From positions 96,001-160,000 of IMG/VR virus record IMGVR_UViG_3300045988_180880: a DNA stretch of 64,000 bases; one strand, written 5' to 3'. Below, in pieces: positions 18,346 to 26,667 of the stretch (position 1 is its first letter; each line of letters begins with the position of its first letter). This DNA comes from a virus. The notes beneath the pieces are model-generated. The model saw nothing but the letters and a program-made list of their open reading frames with translations. It was not told where the DNA came from and ran no database searches. The translations under genes were made by a program, and so were the position numbers.

Positions 18346-18828
18346 ATGGAAAAAATTATTAGAAAAATTAAATTACAATTAAAGGCAACAATAACTAGGT
18401 TTATTTGTTGGTTAAGTTATGGAATGGGGTGTTATAGAAGTGTATCAAATACCCTAGAGATTTATAGAAGTTATACATTCGACAACTTAAAAAAAGAATT
18501 AAATATATTACTGGAGATATATAGCCTTACCGAACTTGATTGTGAATATCTTAAGAAAATAGTATCTGTTAGGGCGTCTTCTGGAATTCTTAGATTATTG
18601 GAAATGCATGAAAATAAGAAAATGCAAATAACCTATAATCATCTAGAATTAAAGAAGATGATTGAAGACACTTTGGGTATAAAAATTGAAGAGATGGATT
18701 GGGGTGAATATAGATATCAACAGAAACTAAGACCATTGTTTTTATGGAATATAGGAAATGGTGAGAACGAAATAAAAAGAAAGCTTGAATTGTATAACAT
18801 AGTATTATTAGTAATGGAGGAAGACTAA
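18346..18828 (+). CDS. hypothetical protein
   Basis: 160-aa ORF with no recognisable motif. Confidence 0.5.
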   Translation: MEKIIRKIKLQLKATITRFICWLSYGMGCYRSVSNTLEIYRSYTFDNLKKELNILLEIYSLTELDCEYLKKIVSVRASSGILRLLEMHENKKMQITYNHLELKKMIEDTLGIKIEEMDWGEYRYQQKLRPLFLWNIGNGENEIKRKLELYNIVLLVMEED

Positions 18829-18849
18829 GGTTTTCCTCTTCATTTTTCT

Positions 18850-18869
18850 CCTTGAAATTCTTATATATG
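18850..18869 (+). promoter_or_regulatory. promoter-like motif CCTTGAAATTCTTATATATG
   Basis: One mismatch from the 20-mers at 15768 and 38717. Confidence 0.5.
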
Positions 18870-18887
18870 AAATTTAAATTAAAAAAT

Positions 18888-19142
18888 ATGAAAAAGAAAT
18901 TATTAACATTATTAGCGTTAACAACATTATTGTTAGTAAGTTGTGAATCCGTTGAAAAGGTCGAAGATGTTAGTTCTTCAACAACAGTAACAATTAATCT
19001 TCCTAAAGGCGAAAAGTTTATAGATCTTAAACCAAATAACAACTCTTTAATAACTTCTGATACTTTAGGAAATATTAATGTATATTTATATTCCCCTACC
19101 AATAAAAATTTAATATTAATTTATAAAATAAAACAACAATGA
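18888..19142 (+). CDS. putative lipoprotein
   Basis: MKKKLLTLLALTTLLLVSCES is a signal peptide with a lipobox Cys. The start is moved to the ATG at 18888, downstream of the promoter motif. Confidence 0.6.
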   Translation: MKKKLLTLLALTTLLLVSCESVEKVEDVSSSTTVTINLPKGEKFIDLKPNNNSLITSDTLGNINVYLYSPTNKNLILIYKIKQQ

Positions 19143-19426
19143 AAAAGAGAACATTAATCTTCTGGGGAATTATAATTGTAGCTATAGCATATATAACGTT
19201 TGTATTTATTTTCCCAGAAAACAAAAGAACTATATTATTTGGAGGAACTATGGAAATTAAAGTAGAACCTGGCCAAAAAGTAATGATAGCTACGTTTAAA
19301 GGAAATAATTTATTTTATATGACTGAACCTATGGACTCTGGATATATACCTAAAACTAAAATCCTCCATGAAAAATCCGGCCGTGGTATAATCGAGTCTA
19401 AAGTTAAATTTGTAGAAAGAAGATGA
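19139..19426 (+). CDS. small membrane-anchored protein
   Basis: N-terminal TM segment (TLIFWGIIIVAIAYITFVFIF). ATGA overlap with the upstream gene. Confidence 0.55.
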   Translation: MKKRTLIFWGIIIVAIAYITFVFIFPENKRTILFGGTMEIKVEPGQKVMIATFKGNNLFYMTEPMDSGYIPKTKILHEKSGRGIIESKVKFVERR

Positions 19427-19827
19427 TGACGAGGTATAATAGTAGAAATCGAGTATTTAGTATAACTCTCTCCCAAGAAATAATGGAAAATTACTTAGAG
19501 AAACGTGGATATCAAATTTCTACGTTATCACAAATAGCTAAGGATTTTGGATATTCGGCCGGAAAACTTATGGAGGAGTTAAACCTATTTTCTAGTACGT
19601 TTGATTATAAAGTAGCATACCTCCAAGAAGAAAAAGAAAAAGTATATCAGAAGTTTATAAAAATTATAGAAGAACGAAGAGACAAAGAAGATACTAAATA
19701 TTCTTCTGGAGGAAAATGGTTTTGGTATAATTGTGCAGAACTTGATCTCCTTAGTTATATAGTAGACCTCAAAGCAAGAGCAATTATGAAGTCTGAATTT
19801 ATAGAACGTATTATAAATCATGATTGA
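19423..19827 (+). CDS. hypothetical protein
   Basis: 134-aa ORF, translationally coupled by an ATGA overlap. Confidence 0.5.
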   Translation: MMTRYNSRNRVFSITLSQEIMENYLEKRGYQISTLSQIAKDFGYSAGKLMEELNLFSSTFDYKVAYLQEEKEKVYQKFIKIIEERRDKEDTKYSSGGKWFWYNCAELDLLSYIVDLKARAIMKSEFIERIINHD

Positions 19828-19889
19828 AATTATAGAATTACTAACAAAACTAGAGTGTGAAATTGATTTATTAATTAAATTATTAGGAT

Positions 19890-20816
19890 ATGAACAGAAA
19901 TAAAAAAGCGTTAGTTATCTTTCATAGGGTAGATTTTGATGGAACATCCAGTATGTGTATAGCAGTAAAATCACTATACGATGAAGGGTACCAAGTAGAT
20001 AAAACCGGATATAATTATGGAGATGAAATTCCAGAAATGTATGTAGATAAGAATGGAAGACCCTATGACCTGATCTGTATGGTTGATATAAGTTTCCCTC
20101 CTGAAATTATGTTACAGGTTTGGGAACACTATGGAGATAACTTTATATTCATAGATCATCATGTATCATCCATCGAAAGTTCTATACAAAATAACTACAC
20201 CGGAATTAAAGGTATTCGTGAGATTGGACCAGCTGCTTGTGAATTAACTTGGAGATTTTTCTGTCCAGGTCAAGATATTCCAGAATTTATTCGACTTCTT
20301 GGAGTATATGATACTTGGAGAAAAGATGAAGTTGGAGAGGATGATTGGCAAGATGTAATACTTCCTTTACAGAGTGGTTTGAAATTTAAATATGGCTTAA
20401 ATCCTGATACGTGGCTCTATGAATTTCCTAATCTATGTTTCTGGGAAGATAGATTGACAGAAGTAATAGAACTTGGAACTATTCTTAAACAAAATCAGGA
20501 TAAAATTAATAAAGGAGTAGTTAAATCATTCTCATTTCCCGTTACTGTTGCTGGAAAATATAGAGGAGTTTGTGTAATAGGAACTGCATTTTCAAGTACA
20601 GTCTTTAATTCTGTCTTAAATGATTATGATATTTATATAGTATGTAATCGAAGAGATAAAGGAGTATATAGTATATCAATGTATAAAGAACCTGATCGAA
20701 TTCCAGAATTTAGTTGTGCTGGATATAGAGGCATTATTTTTGGACATAAAAGTGCTGGAGGTGGTACTTTAAACTTTGAACAATTCAAGACTTTAATAGA
20801 GGATTGTGAAATTTAA
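19890..20816 (+). CDS. DHH-DHHA1 family phosphoesterase (NrnA/RecJ-like nano-RNase or phosphodiesterase)
   Basis: DHH motifs: IFHRVDFDGTSS (I), MVDISFPP (II), FIFIDHHVSS (III, DHH). DHHA1-type motif FGHKSAGGG near the C-terminus. Confidence 0.75.
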   Translation: MNRNKKALVIFHRVDFDGTSSMCIAVKSLYDEGYQVDKTGYNYGDEIPEMYVDKNGRPYDLICMVDISFPPEIMLQVWEHYGDNFIFIDHHVSSIESSIQNNYTGIKGIREIGPAACELTWRFFCPGQDIPEFIRLLGVYDTWRKDEVGEDDWQDVILPLQSGLKFKYGLNPDTWLYEFPNLCFWEDRLTEVIELGTILKQNQDKINKGVVKSFSFPVTVAGKYRGVCVIGTAFSSTVFNSVLNDYDIYIVCNRRDKGVYSISMYKEPDRIPEFSCAGYRGIIFGHKSAGGGTLNFEQFKTLIEDCEI

Positions 20817-20826
20817 AACTTATAAG

Positions 20827-20851
20827 AACCAAGGATTTTATTTCCTTGGTT
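20827..20851 (+). terminator. intrinsic terminator hairpin
   Basis: aaccaagga-ttttatt-tccttggtt followed by tcttttttc. Confidence 0.65.
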
Positions 20852-20877
20852 TCTTTTTTCTTGATACATTTTTATGA

Positions 20878-21160
20878 GGACTAAGGAACCCTTTATCATA
20901 CCTTCCGTTCACCACTAAAGGGTTCACTCCAGGGCCCTACGGGCTCTAGATTGAATAAACTATATAGGGAATAAATAGATTATAAGAATTCGATCTCCTC
21001 CCAAAGGGAGATCGAATATATTAAGTGGAACTTTTTTAATCGAAAATAGATTTACTTTATATATGGTCAAATATGTCCTATTTAAATGACAATTTTGCGC
21101 TTCTACTAACTTTAAATCCTTACAATTGAATGAAGATTATAAAGGGTATCCCTAGTCTTC
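20878..21160 (+). other. non-coding, hairpin-rich element bounded by inverted repeats (copy L), upstream of the helicase-like gene
   Basis: 5' ggactaaggaaccc (20878..20891) against 3' gggtatccctagtc (21144..21157). Internal hairpins lie at 20887..20924, 20931..20947 and 20989..21016. Homologous to 50034..50512 on the opposite strand. Confidence 0.6.
21093..21132 (+). promoter_or_regulatory. promoter (TTTTGCG ... TTACAATTGAATG) of helicase-like gene L
   Basis: ttttgcgcttctactaactttaaatccttacaattgaatg aligns with the R-copy sequence ttttgctcttctattaacctcaaattctaattaatg and with the TTTTTGCG promoter class. Confidence 0.45.
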
Positions 21161-21232
21161 GATTTTATGTAACTGGATTCTGTATTAAAAAGAATCTATA
21201 AATAATAAATTAATTAAAAACTTTATAAAATT

Positions 21233-23260
21233 ATGACTAAAGATAAAATTATTGTACCTAGAGGAATTAGGTATATAGGAGAGTGGAAAGATTTCTGCTT
21301 TTCTAATTTTCTAAGTAAATGTATTATTAATAAACAATTACCTGGATGTGGTTTTACTGAATACTGTATTAATGGTCCTGAGAATGTAATACTTTGTTCT
21401 CCTAGAAAAATGCTTTTAAAGAATAAATATGATCAACATAAAAATGATATTTATTTAGTAATTAATGAGATGGATAAAGATCCAGATGTGGATAAGGATA
21501 TTAGTAAGGATATTAAAAATCCTAATTTAGATGAAGATTATCAAGAAAAGAAAGATAATTCTGAGATCTATGAAAGATTATATAGAGAAATTGATACTTA
21601 TACCTATCAAAGATATCTAAATAATCAACCAGCTAAGATTCTAGTAACATATGATTCATATAGAATCGTTAAAGATATTCTTGAAAAAATTAGAATATTT
21701 GATAGGTTTATGACTATAGTAGATGAGTTTCAGAGTATTTTACACGATTCTAGATTTAAAAGCAATACTGAAATGGGATTTTTGGAATATCTTAAACAAT
21801 CCCCAACAGCATACTTTGTATCAGCTACTCCTATGATGGATGAATATCTAGAAATGTTAGATGAATTTAAGGATCTCCCATATTATGAATTAGATTGGTA
21901 TAGTTCAGATTCTAGTAGAGTAATCAAACCTTCATTAAAAGTACTTACAATGAAATCAGTAGGTACAAAAGCAGAAGAAGTAATTCAATCCTATCTATCA
22001 GGAGATTTTGAAGAAGTTGTTGTTCTTAGAGATAGTGTACCTACTAGAGTAATATCAGACGAAGCAGTATTTTATGTAAACAGTGTTAATCATATTATAT
22101 CTATCATCAAGAAAAATGAATTAACTCCAGAACAATGTAATATATTATGTAGCAATACTCCAGAAAATCTAAAGAGAATACAAAAGAAATTAGGAAAAGG
22201 TTTTACTATAGGAGAAGTACCTCTTAAAGGAGTTAAACCTAGGATGTTTACCTTTTGTACTAGAACGGTTTACTTAGGAGCAGATTTTTATAGTTTATGT
22301 GCACGTAGTTTTATATTCTCAGATTCTAATTCAGACTGTTTAGCAGTTGATATTGCAGAAGATCTTCCACAGATACTAGGTAGACAAAGGTTGTTTAGTA
22401 ATCCTTGGAACAATTCAGCAACTTTTTATTATCGTACTACAGCAGATTATAGAGAAATGAAAGAGTCTGATTTTCAGAAAATTTTAAATAAGAAAACAGA
22501 AACTACAGAAAACTTATTATCAGTATATAATAAAGGAACTGATGAAGAAAGATATGATTTAGCGAAAAATTATTTATATGTAGCTAAGTCAGCAAGTTAT
22601 AAAGATAATTATGTAGCAGTAAATAAAATAATTACCAGTACAGGTAATATTATTTTAAAACCTGTTATTAATCAGCTTGTAAAAGTTAATGAGATTCGAG
22701 CATTTAAAATTCAGCAAATTGATTATAAAGATAGATTTAGTGTATTTAGTAGTGTACACTCTAAACTTACTCCTGATGATATAGTAAATAGGGATGTAAC
22801 TAGATTTTTCTGTATTTATGATACTTATACTACAATTCATGATAAACTTAAAATGTTATGTGAATATCCTGTTTCTAGAGAAGTGATAGATATAGTTCTT
22901 GGACAAATAGCAGATTCTGATGAAGTTAAGTCTTATTATCTGTCATTAGGTCCTACTAAACTTAAAGCGTTATCATACAATTCTCATAAAATAAAGAAAG
23001 AGCTTGGAATAGTAACATTTAGTCCAGAATTACTTAATAATACAATTCATCAAAACTTTAATCCAGGAGAGAAATATACACTATCTAATCTTAAAGCAAA
23101 ACTAGGAGATTTATATTCTAGTATTTCTTATACTGCAGTGCCAAAAGCTAATGATATTTTAAATTACTTTGAGGTAAAAGAATATAAATCTACTGAGGTT
23201 GTAGATGGGGAAAAGAAAAGAGTAAGAGGATATGAACTATTAAAAAGAAAGGATAATTAA
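21233..23260 (+). CDS. SF2 helicase-like protein with atypical motif I and a C-terminal domain shared with the next gene (paralog L)
   Basis: Motifs: QLPGCGFTEY (motif I position, no Lys), IVDEFQS (II), VSATPM (III), FCTRTVYLGADF (V), QILGRQRL (VI). About 70% aa identity by eye to 47922..49964. Confidence 0.7.
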   Translation: MTKDKIIVPRGIRYIGEWKDFCFSNFLSKCIINKQLPGCGFTEYCINGPENVILCSPRKMLLKNKYDQHKNDIYLVINEMDKDPDVDKDISKDIKNPNLDEDYQEKKDNSEIYERLYREIDTYTYQRYLNNQPAKILVTYDSYRIVKDILEKIRIFDRFMTIVDEFQSILHDSRFKSNTEMGFLEYLKQSPTAYFVSATPMMDEYLEMLDEFKDLPYYELDWYSSDSSRVIKPSLKVLTMKSVGTKAEEVIQSYLSGDFEEVVVLRDSVPTRVISDEAVFYVNSVNHIISIIKKNELTPEQCNILCSNTPENLKRIQKKLGKGFTIGEVPLKGVKPRMFTFCTRTVYLGADFYSLCARSFIFSDSNSDCLAVDIAEDLPQILGRQRLFSNPWNNSATFYYRTTADYREMKESDFQKILNKKTETTENLLSVYNKGTDEERYDLAKNYLYVAKSASYKDNYVAVNKIITSTGNIILKPVINQLVKVNEIRAFKIQQIDYKDRFSVFSSVHSKLTPDDIVNRDVTRFFCIYDTYTTIHDKLKMLCEYPVSREVIDIVLGQIADSDEVKSYYLSLGPTKLKALSYNSHKIKKELGIVTFSPELLNNTIHQNFNPGEKYTLSNLKAKLGDLYSSISYTAVPKANDILNYFEVKEYKSTEVVDGEKKRVRGYELLKRKDN

Positions 23261-23262
23261 TT

Positions 23263-24294
23263 ATGATATATTTGATTAAGAGTGCAGGTTATGATGAGAA
23301 TGAAAATTTAATTCATCTTCTCAAAATAGGTTATACAGAGGATAATAATAGAGATAGAAGATTTATGTCTTACAAACTTCATAATCCTACTTGTAAAATT
23401 TTATATGAAATTCCCAGTCTTTCAGAAGATATAGAAAAGAGAATTCAATATAAGTTTAGAGATTATAAGTATAAAGAATATGGAAATGAGTGGTTTTATT
23501 ATAATGATGATGTAATAAATTTCTTTAGGGATATAGATAAAGTAGATTTGGAATCTCTTCCAAAGTCTCCTATGAGTGAAAAGAGGGATTATAAGAGATT
23601 TAGAAAAATGGTTAAAGAATTTGTTCCTTGGATTATTGCTGATATAAAGGATAGAAATGAATATGTAAAGAAGATAATAGATGAATTAGGTAGTAATTTA
23701 AATTCTATTCAGGATATATTAGATTATGTGATAAAGGATTACGGAGAGGATTCTATCTCTAAGTATCTTGAAGTTACTAAGAAAAAAGAGATGAAAGTGT
23801 ATAGTGAAGATTCAAAGATTAATAGTGAAATAATAAAGTTTATTAATACTTATGAAACTCTTACTACTATCTATGATAAACTTAAAATGTTATGTGAATA
23901 TCCAGTCTCTAAGGAAGTTATTCAGATAGTATTAGATCAAATAGCAGATAGTGATGAGATTAAGTCTTATTATTTGCTTTTAGGTCCTGATAGGTTGAAA
24001 AAATTACATTATAATATTACAAATATTAGAAGAGAATTAGGTATTGTAACCTTTAGTCCTGAATTATTAAATAATACTATTCATCAAAATTTTAATCCAG
24101 GTGAGAAGTATACATTAGCTAATTTAAAGGCTAAACTTGGAGATCTATACTCTTCTATTTCTTATACTGCAGTTCCTAAGGCCAATGATATTTTAGAGTA
24201 TTTCGAAGTAAAAGAGGTTCAAAATACTATGTTAGTAGATGGAGTAAAGAAGCGAATTCGTAGTTATGAATTATTAAAAAGAAAGGATAATTAA
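23263..24294 (+). CDS. T5orf172 (GIY-YIG-related) domain protein carrying the same C-terminal domain as the helicase-like protein
   Basis: N-terminus IYLIKSAG...LLKIGYTEDNNRDRRF...NEWFYYN matches the T5orf172 pattern. The last roughly 150 aa (TTIYDKLKMLCEYPVSKEVIQIVLDQIADSDE...YELLKRKDN) nearly repeat the C-terminus of 21233..23260. Confidence 0.7.
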   Translation: MIYLIKSAGYDENENLIHLLKIGYTEDNNRDRRFMSYKLHNPTCKILYEIPSLSEDIEKRIQYKFRDYKYKEYGNEWFYYNDDVINFFRDIDKVDLESLPKSPMSEKRDYKRFRKMVKEFVPWIIADIKDRNEYVKKIIDELGSNLNSIQDILDYVIKDYGEDSISKYLEVTKKKEMKVYSEDSKINSEIIKFINTYETLTTIYDKLKMLCEYPVSKEVIQIVLDQIADSDEIKSYYLLLGPDRLKKLHYNITNIRRELGIVTFSPELLNNTIHQNFNPGEKYTLANLKAKLGDLYSSISYTAVPKANDILEYFEVKEVQNTMLVDGVKKRIRSYELLKRKDN

Positions 24295-24296
24295 TT

Positions 24297-24767
24297 ATGA
24301 AGTTAGGTAAATTAATTTCTAAAGCAATATCTTGTATAGATTCTTATATTAATCCACCAACAGAAAAAGAATTAAAAGATAAGCATAAGACTGAGTTTTA
24401 TGTCTATATATCCCAATTTCCTGGATTTATGGCAATGAATATATTAGATGAAATTGAGGAACTCGAAATGGATATTTTATCAGAGGATTATTATAATATA
24501 AGAGCTGGAAAAACGTGGAAGGTTCTTATATTATATCAAGGAACTTCAGATTGTTTGGGAAATATAAATAAAGTTCTAAAAGAAGATTTGGAATATTTTA
24601 GGAAACGAGTGATAAAATTAAATGAAACGTACTTAAATGGGGAAGTTTCAAGTATGGAAAATTATGATAGAAAAATACTTAGATGGTGTTTTCAATCAGA
24701 AGATCCAGAATTTAGTAGTAAATTTTTTAAATATTTAAATAAGTTGTTAAATGGTAATAAAACGTAA
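24297..24767 (+). CDS. hypothetical protein
   Basis: 156-aa ORF. A truncated, stop-containing homolog lies at 47722..47919 (-). Confidence 0.55.
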   Translation: MKLGKLISKAISCIDSYINPPTEKELKDKHKTEFYVYISQFPGFMAMNILDEIEELEMDILSEDYYNIRAGKTWKVLILYQGTSDCLGNINKVLKEDLEYFRKRVIKLNETYLNGEVSSMENYDRKILRWCFQSEDPEFSSKFFKYLNKLLNGNKT

Positions 24768-25254
24768 ATTATTCTCTAAAGAAGTAGAGAGAAAGAAATC
24801 TGATAAAGGATGGGATGCTGCTTTAGGAGCTGGTATTGGTGCTACAGCTGGAGTTGCTGGTAAAATGAAGCTTGAGAAGATTAATTCAATTAAGAAATTA
24901 AAAAATGCTACTAATGCTAGAATAAATAAAGTTCATGACTATCGAACTGAGAAAGTAGAAACAGAGATGCAAAGGAGAATTAATGCTTCTGTTGATCCTT
25001 TTGAAAAATCTGTAATAGATGAGGTTAGAAGAGGTAAACATGATATAATTAATAATAGCCGTAAAAATATGATAGAAACAGTTGGAAAGAAGAAACGAAA
25101 GCTAAAAATTGCGACAGCTGCTATCCCAATTGCTGGAGCTATTATTGGTGCAGTTTATGGTCGTGATAATAATCTCAAGAAACAAAGAGATAAAATAGAA
25201 GATGCTGCAGGAGATAGAGTTGCAGATATTGTTAGAGGAAAGAAAGAAAAATAA
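24751..25254 (+). CDS. glycine-zipper membrane protein
   Basis: AALGAGIGATAGVAG and IATAAIPIAGAIIGAVYG segments. The C-terminal 50 aa are homologous to 46747..47013 (-). Confidence 0.55.
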   Translation: MVIKRKLFSKEVERKKSDKGWDAALGAGIGATAGVAGKMKLEKINSIKKLKNATNARINKVHDYRTEKVETEMQRRINASVDPFEKSVIDEVRRGKHDIINNSRKNMIETVGKKKRKLKIATAAIPIAGAIIGAVYGRDNNLKKQRDKIEDAAGDRVADIVRGKKEK

Positions 25255-25273
25255 ATATAAAAATTAAATTATT

Positions 25274-25831
25274 ATGTCAACAAGAAGTACTATTTCAGTT
25301 AAGATACCTACTGAAATGATTGGAAAGGTATACGAGAACATTCATGGACATCAAGTTTATCTAGGAGGAGAGTATATGGTTATTTACTGTCACTTTGACG
25401 GTTATTTAGATGGTGTTGGAGAGATTTTGCAGTGTTATTATGATTCATTTGAGAAAGCTTTTGAGTTAATTCTAGGTGGTGATATCAGTTCCATCGCAGA
25501 GTCTCTTGAGGGTTGTGACTATTATGTTCGAAGAGGTGAGAGTTGGGAGAATAGCAAACCAGCTTTTTCAGATAAACCACCTAAGAGAGTTGAAGAGTAT
25601 TTATATATCTTCGAATCAGGAAAGTGGTATGTTTATAATGGGTATAATTGTAATGGACCGCTGGAGGATTATCTCAGCCCGGAAATCTCTTCAAAAGATG
25701 ACATGATTTCGTTACCTAAGAATTTTTGTTATTATTTACATGGTTATTTATCTGGGCTGTCATCTACCCAGCGAGAAGATAAAGGACTTGATTCTATAAT
25801 TAAAACATTGGAGGGTTATTTAGATGTTTAG
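25274..25831 (+). CDS. hypothetical protein
   Basis: 185-aa ORF with no motif recognised. Confidence 0.5.
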   Translation: MSTRSTISVKIPTEMIGKVYENIHGHQVYLGGEYMVIYCHFDGYLDGVGEILQCYYDSFEKAFELILGGDISSIAESLEGCDYYVRRGESWENSKPAFSDKPPKRVEEYLYIFESGKWYVYNGYNCNGPLEDYLSPEISSKDDMISLPKNFCYYLHGYLSGLSSTQREDKGLDSIIKTLEGYLDV

Positions 25832-26201
25832 AGTAATTATTTGTGGTTCTAGAGAATTTGATGATTACGATCTTCTTAAGGAGAAGTGTGATCTTATTTT
25901 ATCAAGAAAAGCAGCAGACCCAACGGAAAAGATTGTGATTGTTAGTGGATGTGCTAGAGGTGCTGATAGACTTGGAGAAAAATATGCTGAAGAAAAAGGT
26001 TATGAAGTTTTGCGTTATCCAGCTGATTGGGATAGATATGGAAAAAGTGCTGGGTATAGGAGAAATAAACAAATGGCAGAAGTGGCTAATGCATGTATAG
26101 CTTTCTTTAGTTCGGTTGCAGAGAATAAAGGAACTAAGAATATGGTATCTCTTGCAAGGAATATGAATCTTCTTGTAAGGGAGGTAAAAGAAGAGGATTA
26201 A
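25824..26201 (+). CDS. YspA/DUF2493-type SLOG (Rossmannoid) protein
   Basis: VIICGSREFDDY...IVSGCARGADRLGEKYAEEKG...ADWDRYGKSAGYRRNKQM matches the DUF2493 pattern common in phages. Confidence 0.65.
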   Translation: MFRVIICGSREFDDYDLLKEKCDLILSRKAADPTEKIVIVSGCARGADRLGEKYAEEKGYEVLRYPADWDRYGKSAGYRRNKQMAEVANACIAFFSSVAENKGTKNMVSLARNMNLLVREVKEED

Positions 26202-26241
26202 AAGCCTTATATATGTAATAAAAATAAATGTGAGAAATAAT

Positions 26242-26478
26242 ATGAAAACAGTAAAAGTAATTGTAGGTACCTCTGTAATTATTGGAGGTATATATTTAAT
26301 ATATAAAGCAGTTAAGAAGACGAATAGTGTAATAGATGGTGTTTCAGAAGTAAAAAATAAGATGAACACTTTTATACAAGATCAAGCAATTAACTGGATG
26401 AAAGATATTAATAAGAACTTAGAAACAAAAATAAAGGAAAAAGAAGACAAGTTACTAAACGATAAAGAAAAGAATTAA
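26242..26478 (+). CDS. small membrane protein
   Basis: N-terminal TM segment (VKVIVGTSVIIGGIYLIYKAV). The first ATG is at 26242; the track start is a GTG. Confidence 0.5.
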   Translation: MKTVKVIVGTSVIIGGIYLIYKAVKKTNSVIDGVSEVKNKMNTFIQDQAINWMKDINKNLETKIKEKEDKLLNDKEKN

Positions 26479-26574
26479 CGGGTTCTTTTAAGTTTGTAAT
26501 ATTGTTGTACCCTATTTAGTCCATCGGTCTGTGAAGATAGATGGATTTTATTTTTCTTCCTTTTTGAGTCCTTT

Positions 26575-26589
26575 AAAGCCTTATTAATG
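26575..26589 (+). promoter_or_regulatory. promoter-like motif AAAGCCTTATTAATG
   Basis: An exact copy of the 15-mer at 38219..38233. It is followed by a leader hairpin, ctccttaagcta...tagcttagggag, plus a T-run. Confidence 0.45.
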
Positions 26590-26667
26590 TAGAGAAAGAA
26601 ACTCCTTAAGCTAACAATGAAATAGCTTAGGGAGATTTTTTATTAATAAACTTAAAAGAGAATAAAA

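Noticed and set aside
20917-20947. tRNA-like T-arm (ggttcactcc) in element L.
   Set aside because: The flanking bases do not form a 5-bp T stem, and no acceptor, D or anticodon arms can be drawn. I found no convincing tRNA anywhere in the window.
20878-21160. Retron-like msr/msd interpretation of the IR-bounded structured elements (a1/a2-style terminal repeats upstream of a large ORF).
   Set aside because: The downstream 675/680-aa proteins show SF2 helicase motifs (DEFQ, SATP, QxxGRQR). They have no reverse-transcriptase motifs (no YxDD core), and no RT gene is visible anywhere in the window.
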